Positions 37,411 through 51,159 of a stretch of 64,000 bases of DNA are shown here, piece by piece. This stretch comes from Octopus sinensis. Taxonomy: Eukaryota. How positions within the stretch are numbered: the stretch's first letter is position 1; every line of letters starts with the position of its first letter. A program made the position numbers and the translations under genes. The stretch spans positions 14,632,001 to 14,696,000 of the forward strand of contig NC_043015.1 of NCBI RefSeq assembly GCF_006345805.1, in the 5' to 3' direction. Under the pieces are notes generated by a model. The model was not told where the DNA came from, ran no database searches, and saw only the letters and a program-made list of their open reading frames with translations.

Positions 37411-39129
37411 AATCCTATGGAGATGAAAGTTAGCATACTTTTTTCTGCACACGTGGTTTTTTCTATAGTTGCAAATTTACTAAAGTTCAAACTGAACAAA
37501 AAGACACACAAAGTTCATAGGTGCTTCCCCTTCTCCACGAAACTGATAAAAGAAAATTCAGACATTAAATAAAATCTTGCATTGTTTTGATTTGGTGGTG
37601 GTGTTTGATCTACTTTTCATAGCTCTTCATTTTCTGTGTCTTTGAATTGTTTTTGTTTCCTGTTATACAAAACTATGCAATCTCTACATTTTTGCCTGAA
37701 TTTTTATAGTCTTTGCAAATATTGGTTTTTTGCTCTTACTCTCTCCCCCTCCCCCAATTAAAGAAAGCTGACTTCTTTTTTTGTCAGTCTTCTTTTCCTC
37801 CCTGCTTCTGTACTGTTTTTATTTTATCTTATTTATAATTTCTAATATTTCTCCAAAATATAGCATATCATTGGCAACAGTTTTGTTTACTCGTATCTTT
37901 TTCAAGATCTTATCTCTTCATATTGCTTTATGTAATTGCATTTTTATCTCTCTTAATAATTGTCATTTTGCTTAGTAACTATTTCTTATGCTTTCCATTT
38001 TCTAAATCCTCTCATATTCAGTATCAGTGTTACTTTGTTTTATCCTTCCTTGTTACTTCTGTGATGGCATAAGCGATTCCCTTTTCCTTTTCTATCTATC
38101 CTATAGTTTTTCTATTTTTAATGGGATTATTTTTGATTCTACCTTAATCCTAGATTCTTCATTCAGCTAGATTTTACATTTAATCTGGTTCATCTTGGGA
38201 TTACCTTATGTTAAGGTGAATGTTTCATGTTTGGCATTCCATTAGATACAAAAATATTTAATTTTCATTGCAAGCTATATTACAACATGATTTAGTTGTG
38301 CCTCCATTTTACTGGATAGTTGACATGTTTAATCACTGGCCAATGAGCAATCAACATTGCTTTACTTTCTTTTGTGTTCTTAACCTAAATAACCAGCTTC
38401 TTCACTTTCCAGCTGGAATATCAAATTGTCACCCTCAATGACCAGCAGCAAGTAAAAAATGTATTCATATTCGCTTTTTTCTACAGAATAAAACCAATTT
38501 CAAATAATATGTATTCTGTATATTCCTACAATATATTCCACCTACCTTTTGGAATGGATAACATTCTGCATCATTTTCCTATAGCTTTTCTCTTTGACAC
38601 TTGACTGTTATAATAATATTGTATCAATTTTCTGTCAAGTAGTTAGGTACAAATTTTTCATGTTCTGTTGTACACCTTTGTAGGTGCTGTTATTTGATGT
38701 TATATTGCTTTTAAGTAAGTTTATCTGAAAGTATTGTATTTTTTAGGTGTACAACCACAGCTGCTTTATTCTTTGCATTTACTATAGGAAGAATGCCAAT
38801 TAAGGTTATTGTACTTCAGTATTTACTCATATATTCTATAGCCTTAACCCTATTGGTTGGGAAAAAGAGCAATAAGAGTAAAAGTCCTCCCTACCCTCTA
38901 CACATACTTTTCTTTACCACAGCATTATGACTCTGTATGCAGTTTTTCACTTTGAAAGAAATAACTAATAAATCTTCATCAACAGTTTGAAAAGGAAGGA
39001 ACATCAGATAATAGATTCCTGGGTACATAGTGCATGAAAAAAATGGGTTGGTGGAGGCTAGAATACCTTTGATTCACAGGTCTGTCTTGAATCTAAATGA
39101 CAACTGACTTGGATCTAAACAATGATAAT

Positions 39130-39430
39130 CTACTAATTGTATGGTTTTGCATGCTGTGGTTGGTATGGAGGCGTGCACTGTAACAGTGTGTTGCTATATT
39201 GGCCATTTGTTGGTGATTCCCTACTACTCCTGGCAGATAACATCTTTGCACTATTCAGGCAACAATCCCCAACCCATGGGTTTGTTTGGATAGTCATTGC
39301 TAGTGAGGGTTTTATGAGGTCGGAGTGCAAATCCTACTTCAACCTCTTTTAGTTGCCTTTTATGATATGCAGAGGAAATGTTGGATCTATTCTTTGACAT
39401 GCTGGTGGTCCCCACACAATATGCAGAGAG
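39130..39430 (-). mobile_element. Decayed RTE LINE RT C-terminal fragment
   Basis: SAYHKRQLKEV and HQQMANI resemble RTE (D)AYHRRQL and downstream motifs. Heavily frameshifted. Confidence 0.4.
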
Positions 39431-42226
39431 CAATTTAATTCAACACAGTCGATTTTATTTTAGCACTAGTTCAGTTCTCCCTGGATTTAATATGTTATCT
39501 TACTTAACTCTAAGCTTTGAATAGTCTTGCAGAGAGCAGTTTATAAAAGCTCAGATATAACATTTACAAATTATATAATTTTGCTTCTCTTTATTTTTCT
39601 CCTATTGTTTTTATATTAAAATATAACAAATGATCTTGCAATATGCAAGTATTTTCAAACTGCCATGTGAAAAATTCTAACAGTTGATTGCTATTCTGAG
39701 AACTAAAGCACGTTCAACTGATGAAATCCTATGTTTGCTAAACTGACTACTACTGAAATGGAACAGAAGTGTTATTCTTCTTTTATCCTTCAAATAGATA
39801 TTTTTAGTTAGTTGAACATGTCTAGAATGCAGCTGTCAGTTATCCATTTTCATCTCCTCACATCTTTTGAAAACTCTTGAATTCTGAACAGTTGCTTTTG
39901 AAGGAAATTTTTAGAGTATTATTTTCATTTTTGGATGTTCATACTGTGTCTCTGATGCTTGTGATCATAACTCGTTTTATTATTATTATTGTTATTGTTG
40001 GTGGTGGTGGTGGTGGTACTTCAGGAACAGAAGCCAAGCTACATACATAAATATCAAATATAATTGTAACACATATCAAATCCACTATCCTTATGAACTC
40101 ATGAAGAAGTCTTGATGTGGTTACTTAACCTGCTCAAAATAGCAATGAAAAATCCATAAAATAATATCCTTCTGCTTACAAAACTGAAGAACATATTTGA
40201 TAATGTAGTTGAAAATAATCCTAAGAAATTGGGATGGTCACAGCTGGAATACCTTTAATAATGACCCTGGTCAATTAGGGATGTTCTGGGGGTAAACAAC
40301 TCACTAGGTGTAGTAATCTTGCTGGTTTAGAGTGACAGTCAACCCTGAACAAACAGACATAATGGAAAGCCCTCCAATCATGGCTATATTGTCTTTTTTG
40401 GGGCTATGTAACATTATGCCATCTAATGTGTCCTATTATTATCAAAGTTTTGTAAGGCAGTGAGCTGGCAGAATCATTAACATGCTAGATAAAATGCTTA
40501 GCAACATTTCATCCATCTGTACATTCTAGGTTCAAATTCCACTGAGTCAACTTTACTTTTCATCCTTTCAGGGTCAATAAAATAAGTGCCAGTCTAATTC
40601 TGGGATTGATGTAATCGACTTCCCCTCTCCTCTAAAACTGTTGGCCCTGTGCCAAAATTTGAAACTGTTATTATCTAAGATTCAGCTATCATTTTTAGTT
40701 AGTCAAATGACCCTGTAGTGGCTCCTTTGTGGGCTTGAGTAATCTGTAGAAGTTCCCTTGTTTGGCTGAAGTGAACACATAGAGGATCGTTCATTGCCTT
40801 GAGTGTTACTGTGTAAAGAATTCTTTGTTGACTGGAGAATTTCCTGCATTTGGTGTCTGTGTGCATGTGGTGGTGAAACAGGACATGACATGAAGAGGGG
40901 TTTGTGAGGGATTTTGTATATATGGTGTTGGAAACAAAACAAGTAGCAAATATAATTGCTGCTTTGCTTTGTTCATAAAAATAAAATATTTTGGAATAAG
41001 TAAAGGTTATAATTGAAGAACTTGTCTATCATGCATTGATTACAAATAATCAACTAAAAATATGTTCAGTTACCCTTCCTTGAAGTAGAGGGTTGTTTTG
41101 CCAAGAAAGATATTTGAAATTTGTTAAAATCAATAAACTATCCAACATAAAGATTAAAAATCATAAAATACATATATGCATTCTGAAACTTAAAACAAAA
41201 TATGAAGACAACTTAGAAAATATCGAAACATATGAAAAAAAAAATTACTCCAGAAATGGAAAGATGATATCAAGAAGTCATTAATGAAAATCAATGGTTT
41301 TACTGAAAACATTGATTTTATTTATTGTTGGCTCAATGATGAAATAGTGGTAAAATTTGAATTTTATAGGGAAATAAAAAAAATGATACAGTAAATTCTA
41401 AAGACATTACTAATATGAATTTTAGAGACTTGTATATTACTGCTCAGAAAAATAATATTACTTTAGTTTAGTTACAATACTTTTAATGGTCCTGTTTATG
41501 ATAACAAATATTACATTGAAAGGAAAAACATAATCTATAAACTAAATGATTTATGGCAATATTTTCAATAACAAATCTTTAGGTTTTCATTCTAAGTTTG
41601 AAGATTGATTAACATTGCCATTAAAGATGTAAAAGATACACAACGAAGATACAAACACAAAATACATAAATGTCGTTTGGATTAAAAATATTCAAGTTTT
41701 ATTTCAATTTTTCCCATATTTCATGTGACTAGCCTTCATATCTCAGGTCAAAGTATTGTCATTTGCTCATGCAATATTACTATAACAGCAGTATAATTTA
41801 GTGTAAGACATAAGAATAAACTGTAATTCAGTCAGTAATGATATGTACTACTACATACACCATTATGTAGTAAGGATATCACTAGTATTTAACATGAAGG
41901 CAACTTTATGTGGCACTGTTTACAGAAGGATGCTGTCTAACATGTCACTAAATTCTTAAAGTCTGGTGAGGTTTAGCAGTTTAGAAATGGTTAGGCAAGG
42001 TCTGAACACTCTCCAAATGTTACATAAGTCAAGGGGTTAAGAAATAGGGTCAGTAATGATAAGAAATTCCAAGTTAAGTTAGTGGTTTACTAGGGTTACT
42101 TTTACAGAATCTTACATGTTGAACTGGTCTTTCACATTCAGTGTTTAATTGGTCTATGAATTTAGGATGTGTATGTTGTCTCATAGTTAGGAGATTGGGC
42201 TTACAATCTGAAAATCTGTAGTAGAT

Positions 42227-42257
<31 letters not shown>

Positions 42258-42258
<1 letters not shown>

Positions 42259-43218
42259 CTAGCAGAGATACCCGGCATTGTCTATGTTACATACAATTGA
42301 AGAATTGTTCCTTCTCATAAGGGCCGGTTTCCCAGTTTCCTTGGCGTATAGGTTCCCCACCTGGACGGGACGCCGGTCTGTCACAGATGAGCTGATAGAT
42401 GCAGGAGGAAAGAGTGAGAGAAAGTTGTGGCGAAAGATTCAGCAGAAGTTCACCATTACCTTCTGCTGGAGCCGCGTGGAGCTTAGGTGTTTCGCTCATA
42501 AACACACAAATCGCCTGGTCTGAGATTTCAACCCGCGATCCCTCGACTGCAAGTCCGCTGTTCCAACCACTTGGCCATGTACCTCCACAATTGAAGAATT
42601 AGACTTTTCTGTTATATTTTCTGTAATGAACTGGAATACCTATGTTTTGAATTTCATCAAAATTGCAGATGAGGGTTCTTTCCCTCTTTACACACCCTAA
42701 AACAATTCTAATCATGACATGTGTATCCCATACTACTGATTTTTATGTGCATATTCCAAAATTCCAGTCTTATAGAACCTGTTAAAAGGATTTTGCTCCT
42801 GAAAAGTGGAGGCCATGGAGCTCTAAAAGTGAGAGTTAAAGCCCCTATTGGAGGTGGGTGTCTTAATGTCAACCTGAGAAGTTGAATTGTTAAGAATCTT
42901 TTTAATTTGGGTTTTATATCCACTTACAGGTCATCCGTCTTATAGTTTCAGTATTAAAGTGAAAGTATCTGACATTACAATAGAGAGATGTTATTGTTTC
43001 ACTTTTGACACGTAATACTGAAATAGTGAAGAAGATATGAGATTGCTGTGGGATTCCACTAGGCCAGAAGTTAAACATTTTTTTGGCCTATGACACTACA
43101 TGGACCCTAAGTAAGGCATGTGTAAAATTTGAATGAAATTGGTTGTGTAGTTCTCAAGTTTTAGGGATTCACACAGACAAACAGACAGACACACATCCTC
43201 ATCTTTATATATATAGAT
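42258..43218 (+). mobile_element. Non-autonomous Helitron/Helentron-like element
   Basis: 5' ACTAGCAGAGATACCCGGC after (TA)n; 3' GACAAACAGACAGAC...CTTTATATATATAGAT. These ends resemble HINE/Lep1-type elements. Confidence 0.55.
42307..42586 (-). mobile_element. Young tRNA-derived SINE (family D) with a 14-bp TSD
   Basis: rc head GGAGGTACATGGCCAAGTGG (A box) ... GGGTTGAAATC (B box), CpG intact. ACAATTGAAGAATT at 42293-42306 and 42587-42600. Confidence 0.9.
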
Positions 43219-43355
43219 ATGTATACATATATATATGTTCTACTCATGTGTCAAGTTTCATCAAAATCAATAAAACGATGTAGGAGGAGTTAGCTAACAA
43301 TGCCACAAACACACACACACTGGTTTTCCACATATGTAGTAGATATATATGCATA

Positions 43356-43394
<39 letters not shown>

Positions 43395-43409
43395 TATATA
43401 TATAAATAT

Positions 43410-43820
43410 ACTCTTTTACTCTTTTACTTGTTTCAGTCATTTGACTGTGACCATGCTGGAGCACCGCCTTTAATCGAGCAACTCGACCACGGAACTTATT
43501 CTTTTGTAAGCCCAGTACTTATTCCATCGGTCTCTTTTGCCGAACCACTAAGTAACGGGGACATAAACACACCAGCATCGGTTGTCAAGCAATGCTAGGG
43601 GACAAACACAGACACACAAACACACACACGCATATATATATATATATACATATATACGACGGGCTTCTTTCAGTTTCCGTCTACCAAATCCACTCACAAG
43701 GCTTTGGTCGGCCCAAGGTTATAGTAGAAGACACTTGCCCAAGGTGCCACGCTGTGGGACTGAACCCGGAACCATGTGGTTGGTAGACAAGCTACTTACC
43801 ACACAGCCACTCCTGCGCCT
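43410..43820 (-). mobile_element. SINE family A, full length, young
   Basis: CpG-rich, closest to the inferred consensus. A second partial copy follows at 43882-44062. Confidence 0.92.
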
Positions 43821-44299
43821 ATAGATATATATATATATATGCATATATATGTATATATATAGTATATATGCGTATATATATACTCTTTACTCTTTTATTT
43901 GTTTCAGTCATTTGATTGTGGCCATGCTGGAGCACCGCCTTTAGTCGAGCAAATCGACTTATTCTAGCGGTCTTTTTTGCTGAACCACTAAGTTTTGGGG
44001 ATGTAAACACACAGCACCGGTTGTCAAGCGATGTTAGGAGAACAAACACAGACACACAAACATATGCACACACACACACACACACATATATATACATGTA
44101 TATATGTTTATATATATGTATGCATATATATATATATATATATATATATAGTATGTTTGTATGTGTATATATGTATAAATATATATGTTTATATATATGT
44201 ATGCATATATATATATATAGTATGTTTGTATGTGTATATATGTATATATATATATATGTATATATATGTATATATATATATATTTATATAGTATGTGTG

Positions 44300-44341
<42 letters not shown>

Positions 44342-45588
44342 TATACATAAATACATACATGTTAATCTGCATAAAAAGGGAAAAATATCTGTGATCACTG
44401 TGATTATTAGGCATTAAGTGATGTATGCCAGAAATAAGACTGTGTTGGTATGGTGATGTTCTATGAATGGTGGATGAAAAATAGTTGTATCAGTTGACCA
44501 TAGAAGGTACGTGTTTCAGACAAATAAATGTATGAGAAAAAAAGTGAATTTTGACCTCTCACGCACAAGAACAAAAGGCTTGGACAAGTAGGTAGAATAA
44601 AACAACCATTTATTTCACTTGATATTTGGGATGCAGAAATGTTTTTGTAATGCCTATATGAGTGATGAATTAGGTGTTTTATAGACTGAAATTTAAATGA
44701 TGTGCATTTATGCGCATATGCAGCTGTTTATTTGCATTTTATACAAGTCTTATATTGAGATTTGATAATTGTTCTTTCATGCTTAAGCAATATTTTTCTG
44801 TATTATAATCATTCCTTACTTAGAAAGATGCTGTGCTCTTTCTGCAGCAGCTGTTTCATTTGGTTTTTAATATATATATTGCCACTGGTGTGTAGTCTAT
44901 TTATTTGAATATAAGCTATATGTCTATTAAAATCGAGTCAGGGACTGAACATTAGATTTTACAAAAGCACAGGAATAAAAGCAGGAATTTCAATAAAGTG
45001 GAAAGAAAGATTTAACTTAATAACTAACAAGAAGAGAATTTGCTTTATAAGAAACATTATCAGTGGGGTGGGGTGCAGAACATAGTCCTTTAAAATGGTA
45101 CAAAATGTGGAATGGAGAGGAGGACAGCATGAAATCCTCTGCATTCCTTATATTAGTTGAGCATTCCTATTCTTGCAGGGTCATGGGTGCCAGTGCCATG
45201 TAAAATGCACCCATGCTGGTGCCATGTAAAAGCACTTGTGCCAGTGCTGTGTAAAAACATCCAGTATACTCTGTAAAATGGTTGGGATTTGAAAGGGCAT
45301 CCAACTGTAGAAACTATGCCAAAATAAACTTGGAGCCTGGGCAGCTCACCAGCTGACCAACTCCTGTCAAACTGTCCATTCTATGCCATTATGGAAAATG
45401 GACATTAAATGATGATGGTGATGATGATAAGAGAAGGGTTTCTTTTGAATGTACTCTTAAATGACAGTATCTGAATGGATGCACCACCTGAGAAATGAGA
45501 CCTGAAGATCATAGTGAATGTTCATTTAGCTAATGAGTTAGCTTCCTTTTTCTTTTTCAATCAGTAACTTGTTGGTACAGACAACATA

Positions 45589-45748
45589 GGTGCAGGCATG
45601 GCTCTGTGGTAAGAAGTTTGCTTCCCAATCACATTGTTCCTGGTTCAGTCCCATTGTGTGGCACTTTGGGCAAGTGTCTTCTACAATAACCTCAAACTGA
45701 CCATAGCCTTCTAAGTGGATTTGGTAGACGGAAACCAAAAGAAGTGCA

Positions 45749-45781
<33 letters not shown>

Positions 45782-46030
45782 TCTGTATATGCCTATATCT
45801 ATGTGTGTGTGTGTGTGTCTTTGTGTCTGTTTGCCCCCATCACTGCTTGACAGTTGGTGTTAGTGTGTTTACATTTCCATAACTTAGCAGTTAAGCAAAA
45901 GAAACCGATAGAATAAGTTCCAGGATTAAAAGAAAAAAAAAAACTACTTGGGTCAATTCATTCAACTAAAATCCTTCAAGAGGGTGCCCCAGTATAGCCA
46001 CAGTCTAATGACTGAAACAAGTGAAAGAGA
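45589..46030 (+). mobile_element. SINE family A
   Basis: Head, core, (CT)/(CA)/(TG) tract and tail. Confidence 0.8.
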
Positions 46031-47445
46031 AAAATATAGAGGAGAAAGATTAGGCTACTCTTTCTAGCTGGTTGAGCAACCACATAACGATTCACTCACC
46101 AGTAGCATAAGGCAGAGATACTTACAAATTCAAGTAATGATAGATGTGACCTGCATACTCAGTTTCTCCTTTCCTATGCAGTGAGCTGTTAAATTTGAAA
46201 TAGTGGAATATTTTTAGGCAGTGCGTAAAACTAGCAGTTACTGGAGGTAGAAATATTTATTGGTTTTAAAGAGAAAGCTAAATCTCCTCGTGTGGTTTTA
46301 GCTAAGTTTAGAATATAAAATGTCTAGCAGAAGTTGTAAGTGATAAGCAGTTGTAACCTACAGAATGAAATAGGGCTATTGAATTGGAAGGAATTGTCAT
46401 GAAAAGTGGGTATTATTCAGCTAGTTTCTTGATACTAAACTGCCAGAGATCACTCCTAAAACTTTCTGCTTTAAAGTCATCTAAAAACTTGCATCAAAAT
46501 TTCACAAATATATTCCAAAGTTGATCTGAATAAATTCTACTAAATTTTTTACTGCATTTTTCATTATTTTCAAAATTGAAACAAAAAGCAGTGTATTTTA
46601 ATGAAATATGGTGACAAAATAATGATCTAGGTGTCAAATGTTTATTGGAGTGTTTACCCTGTAACATTTAAACCTACCATATTAGGCCAAAATATTCTAT
46701 CTGTTTTATGTTCATAATAGCCAGATCCAGCCTTTCACACCTGCCCTAAAATTTCATCCTAAAAATAACAATCACATCATCAAAATCTTAAAGCTACAAG
46801 ATAATGCAGGACTAATTCAAAATGATGTGAATAAATAACCATTACATTTGGCAGAGTAATCCGAATGCTCTAAGATTAAGTGAAGGTATTCATTAGCAAA
46901 AGCTGACAATTGTTGGTTGCTAGCATTGATACACACACACAAGGAAGCAGTGGGCTAGAGATTGTGTAATTGCATAGCTATCAATGAGGTTATGCAAATT
47001 AACAGTTTTCCGTTTCACAGTTTCCTTTAAATCCAATCTCCAGTTTGTGCTGTTGGTGTTAGCAACAAACAAATATATTCCATCATTGGATGCTTTCACT
47101 TAACCTGCCAATATACATCTGAAAATTAGGTCATCTTTAAAAGTATATACTTATTTCGGGCAATGAAATCTGAATCACTATGTCAATCACATTTAACTAT
47201 AAATGAAATTAAGTGTGATTGATGGAGCTTTTCAAGAAAAGAAGACAGTAAGAGAAATGAAGAATCCTCACAGGATGCCAAATTTGTGGCAGTAATGAAA
47301 TGTCTTTAACATGGATGAAACAATCATTGAGTACATTCCTTATGCAAGAAATCTTTTACTTCTCACTGCATATTAATATCTAAATATATTTTAGCATAGA
47401 TAAATCTTTCATTTCATATTCATTAATATTATTATACTTTTTAAA

Positions 47446-47878
47446 GTGGCAAGCTGGCAGAGTTGTTAGCAAGCTGAGCAAAATGCTTAGTGGTATTTCA
47501 TCTGTATTTATGTTCTGGGTTCAAATCCTGTCAAGGTTGACATTGCCTTTCATCATTTTAAGGTCGATAAAATAGGTACCAGTTGAACACTGGGGTCAAT
47601 GCAATTGACTTACCCTGTCTCCTGAAATTGCTGGCCATGTGCCAAAATTTGAAACCAATATGATTATTTTTAACAGAATTGTTAGCATGCCAGGCAAAAT
47701 GCTTTGTGGCATTTTGTCTGTCCTTACGTTTTAAGTCCAAATTCTACTGAGGTAAATTTTGCCTTTCATCCTTTTCGGGGTCAATAAAATAAATACCAGT
47801 TGAATACCGGAGTCAGTGCAATTGACTTACTCCATACCCTGAAACTGCTTGGCTTGTGCCAAAATTTGAAACCAATAA
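47446..47878 (+). mobile_element. Tandem head-to-tail pair of SINE family B
   Basis: Two copies (about 47446-47660 and 47677-47878), each ending GCCAAAATTTGAAACCAAT. Confidence 0.8.
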
Positions 47879-48900
47879 AATTATTTTTCTTTTTATAAAT
47901 ATTATTTTCTCTTTCACTAGTTTCTGTTATTTGCTTATGGCCATGCTGGAGAACTTCCTTGAGAGGTCGTTTATATTGATCTCCAGTACTTTGTCCACTG
48001 CTTATTTTATTGTTCTTGCAAAATACAAACTGCAAAATGGACACTGACATAAGGGGAGATCATTTAATTGGAAAATTATTTTGGCTCAGTATTTGCTTTT
48101 AAATGCTCCAGTTCTCACCCCCAACATTTGCATAAGAACACACACACACCACACCACACCCTCCACTACCATCATCATTGTTGTTGTTTTTTATGCCAAA
48201 TATTATCAGTGCTGGAACGGGCTGGTTGAAATGTGAATACTGCATCTGTCTCTTTTACTAGATAAGAAAAAAAAAAAAAAAAAAAAAAGAAAAGACTATG
48301 TAGAAACTGCAAAATATGTTTGTAATTTAGATGAAAAGGTATGTTCCAAAAGTTTAAATGTGAAATTAGGTATTTGTTGCAGAAGTCACACATATTGGAT
48401 TGAGTTTCAGCTAAAGTACTTTGTGGTTAGTGCAAATAATGATGCATAAAAGGTGCAATAAGATGTCAAGTTTACTAACCAATCAAAACTTTAGATGTGT
48501 TGGAAGAGTAGGAGTAAACTTTAAGTAGTAAATGACTTCTTATACTTTGATGGCATGTTTAGTACTGGAGGTAGGACTCATAAATATATAAAAGAATGTT
48601 CAAGATGTGGGGGAAGAGAAATTTATTAGAAACAGAAGGTTTTGTGTGGACATTAAATTGGATATGAAGAATTTATTGACATCAGTGAGATGATACTGGA
48701 TGCATGGAAATTTGACATTTAATGAACCATCCAACATATGCCAGAAATGGAATACAGATGTGAAAAGGATGATGCTGATGATGATGCATTGTTCAGAATA
48801 TATTTTATTTATGAATATTCTTAACCACCATAACACAAAATATAATTATTGATTTCTAAGAGAGGTACAAAGCCATAAATGTTGGAAGGAAAGTAACATA

Positions 48901-49311
48901 GGAGTAGGAGTGGGTGTGTGGTAAGTATTTGCTTATGAAGCACTTGGTTCCGGGTTCAGTCCCACTGTGTGGCACCTTGGGCAAGTGTCTTCAACTATAG
49001 CCTCGGGCTGACCAAAGCCTTGTGAATGGATTTAGTAGACGGAATCTGAAAGAAGCCCATCATATATATGTATATATTTATGTATGTGTGTATAGAAGTT
49101 TGTATGTCTGTGTTTCTCTCCCCCCTCAACATTGCTTGACAACCGATGGTGGTGTGTTTATGTCCCCATAACTTAGCGTTTCGGCAAAAGAGACCAATAG
49201 AATAAGTACCAGGCTTACAAAGAATAAGTCCTGGGGTCGATTTGCTCGACTAAAGGCGGTGCTCCAGCATGGCCACAGTCAAATGACTGAAACAAGTAAA
49301 AAAGTAAAAGA
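48901..49311 (+). mobile_element. SINE family A, full length
   Basis: Head to tail motifs present. Confidence 0.9.
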
Positions 49312-49749
49312 GTTGTTTACTATTACTTATTTTATAAAGCTTGTGAGAATAAAAAATATGCTGCCTTTAGCAAGATTTGAGCTCAAAATGTACAGTGAGG
49401 TAGCTGTCTGATACTCTGATGCTGAGTGCATAATATTAAATTATCTTCAACATCTTATGATTCAGTATATAATCTTCATGACTGGAAATTGGCTTTTTGC
49501 TTCTATTAATTCTTTGTTGCCATACAATATTACACATTTGTGTATTTGAATCAAGTAACTTTCATTTTCTAAGGAAAGGGAATCTCTTTGTTAAGCCCAG
49601 TATTATGCAAATTGAAATTTATAATGAGACACGGTCAGATTAATTTCTCTAAATTTGTGTGTGGAAATTTCTGTCTGTCTGTTTCTTAAATGTATGCATT
49701 TATGCAAGCATTTCTTTCTTCTTTTTTATATTCATCAGAATTCTTCGTA

Positions 49750-50560
49750 AAAGGAAGGAGCTATCTCTAATAAAGAAACAAAGCAGCATCACTGGTATTT
49801 GGATGACAGTAATGTTAAACAACTATACTTTAGAAAAACTTTGCGTATTTTCTCTTTTCTATTTAGAGGTTTTATTTGTTGATCATGTGTTAGCTGGTTA
49901 CTTTCTTTTCCTGATAATCTTTGATTTCCTAGAATCTCACTTAACCAATTACACCAATAATTATTCGTATAATTATGGTGAGTTTATAATCAGGATAGAG
50001 GAGCTGCTGATTTTGAAGCAGTTGTCCATAAATATTCACCTTCTCGCTGATTTTAGAAGAGTTTGTAGGGCAGTTCACTTGTATGGCCATACATGACTTT
50101 TCTTTTCTGTCCTAAATCAGGCTTGTCCTACTCTGTTCTGTCTTATATCAGGCTTGTTATATTTGCACTTGGTAGAAGTTCTCATGAAAAATGTTCTGTC
50201 AATATTCCTTGTGTTGCTATGTATGCATTCAATAACAGAGATGTTGTCTATATTTATCCTAAAGAAGTTTTCTCTAGGGTTGGAATTGTATATTGTTTTA
50301 GCAACAGCATTATGCTGCATTGGGAGGTTGTAATTTAATTACATTTCTGGGCAGCTGCTGATCACATTTATGTCTTCCATAGAACAGTGATATGATCAAC
50401 ATTTATGGTTGCTTCTTGGAAGTTTAAGAGCTTCACTATTTCTTTTATTCATTAGATATTTTGTGGTAATCTGCTGTTTTTTTGGATTACAAAAGCATAA
50501 TCTTCAAGAAGTGATATGATTATTATTAGTCCAAGAGAGGGTACACCTCATGTCAACATT
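49750..50560 (-). mobile_element. Decayed RLE-type non-LTR retrotransposon (R4/Dong- or NeSL-like), CCHC + restriction-like endonuclease
   Basis: Minus reads: QITTKYLMNKR, HKC, SSCPE, PMQHNAVAKTIY, TSTKCKYNKPDI, VNCP, EKVNIYGQL..LLYPDYK, IIIGVIG. These match the CCHC-RHD-KPDI-E-K-Y motif order. Confidence 0.72.
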
Positions 50561-50569
50561 ATTATACTG

Positions 50570-50980
50570 GTAGAATCATTAGCATGCTAGGCAAAATGCT
50601 TAGTATTTCATCCATATTCACATTCTGAATTCAAATTTTGCCAAGTTTGACTTTGCCTTTCATCCTTTTCAGGGTCAAAAAATAAGTACCAGTTGAATAC
50701 TGGGGTCAATGTAATTGACTTACACCCCTTCCCCAAAATTGTGCTAAAATTTGAAATCAATATTATTATACTGACAGAATCACAAGCATGCCAGGTAAAA
50801 TACTTAGCAGCATTTTGTCCTTCTTTACATTCTGAGTTCAAATTCTGCTGAGGTTGAATTTTACCTTTCATCCTTTCAAGGTCCATGAAATAAGTACTAG
50901 TTGAGCACTAGAGTTGATGTAATTGACTTACTTTCTTCCCCGAGCTTGCTGGACTTGTGCCAAAATTTGAAATCCATATT
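50570..50980 (+). mobile_element. Tandem head-to-tail pair of SINE family B
   Basis: Two copies (about 50570-50762 and 50775-50980). Confidence 0.8.
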
Positions 50981-51091
50981 ATCATGCTCTTCCAATTCAC
51001 AAGAAATATACCCATGCATAGCCTTTTCATGGCATGTACAGTGCTTTTCATCCAAGTCTTTGCTAAGTGTATACTAGTCTTGTACTTCTAG

Positions 51092-51159
51092 GTTCACAAG
51101 AAAGGTCATCAAGCAGTAATGGCTCCTGGAAGAGTATATTGCCAACCGTGGGTCCCTAG
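51092..51159 (+). CDS. Candidate internal coding exon: VHKKGHQAVMAPGRVYCQPWVP(R/S)
   Basis: Acceptor TCTTGTACTTCTAG, donor AG|GTATAT. Only one frame is open (phase 0 to 2), and the GC content is higher than the flanks. Linkage to the upstream exons is not proven. Confidence 0.55.

Noticed and set aside
38413-38804. Possible microexons LEYQIVTLNDQQQ (38413-38451) and CTTTAALFFAFTIGRMPIK (38747-38804)
   Set aside because: Short AG..GT-bounded open segments occur by chance at this rate, and no phase-consistent chain could be built.
40700-40945. Possible Penelope GIY-YIG C-terminal relic on the minus strand
   Set aside because: Only vague similarity, with no diagnostic motif or hammerhead nearby.
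42500-42586. tRNA-like sequence with A and B boxes
   Set aside because: It is the head of a TSD-flanked SINE, and there is no complete cloverleaf or acceptor stem.
49659-50338. 145-aa and 81-aa hydrophobic plus-strand ORFs resembling a membrane protein
   Set aside because: They are the antisense of the RLE retrotransposon relic, whose motifs are on the minus strand.
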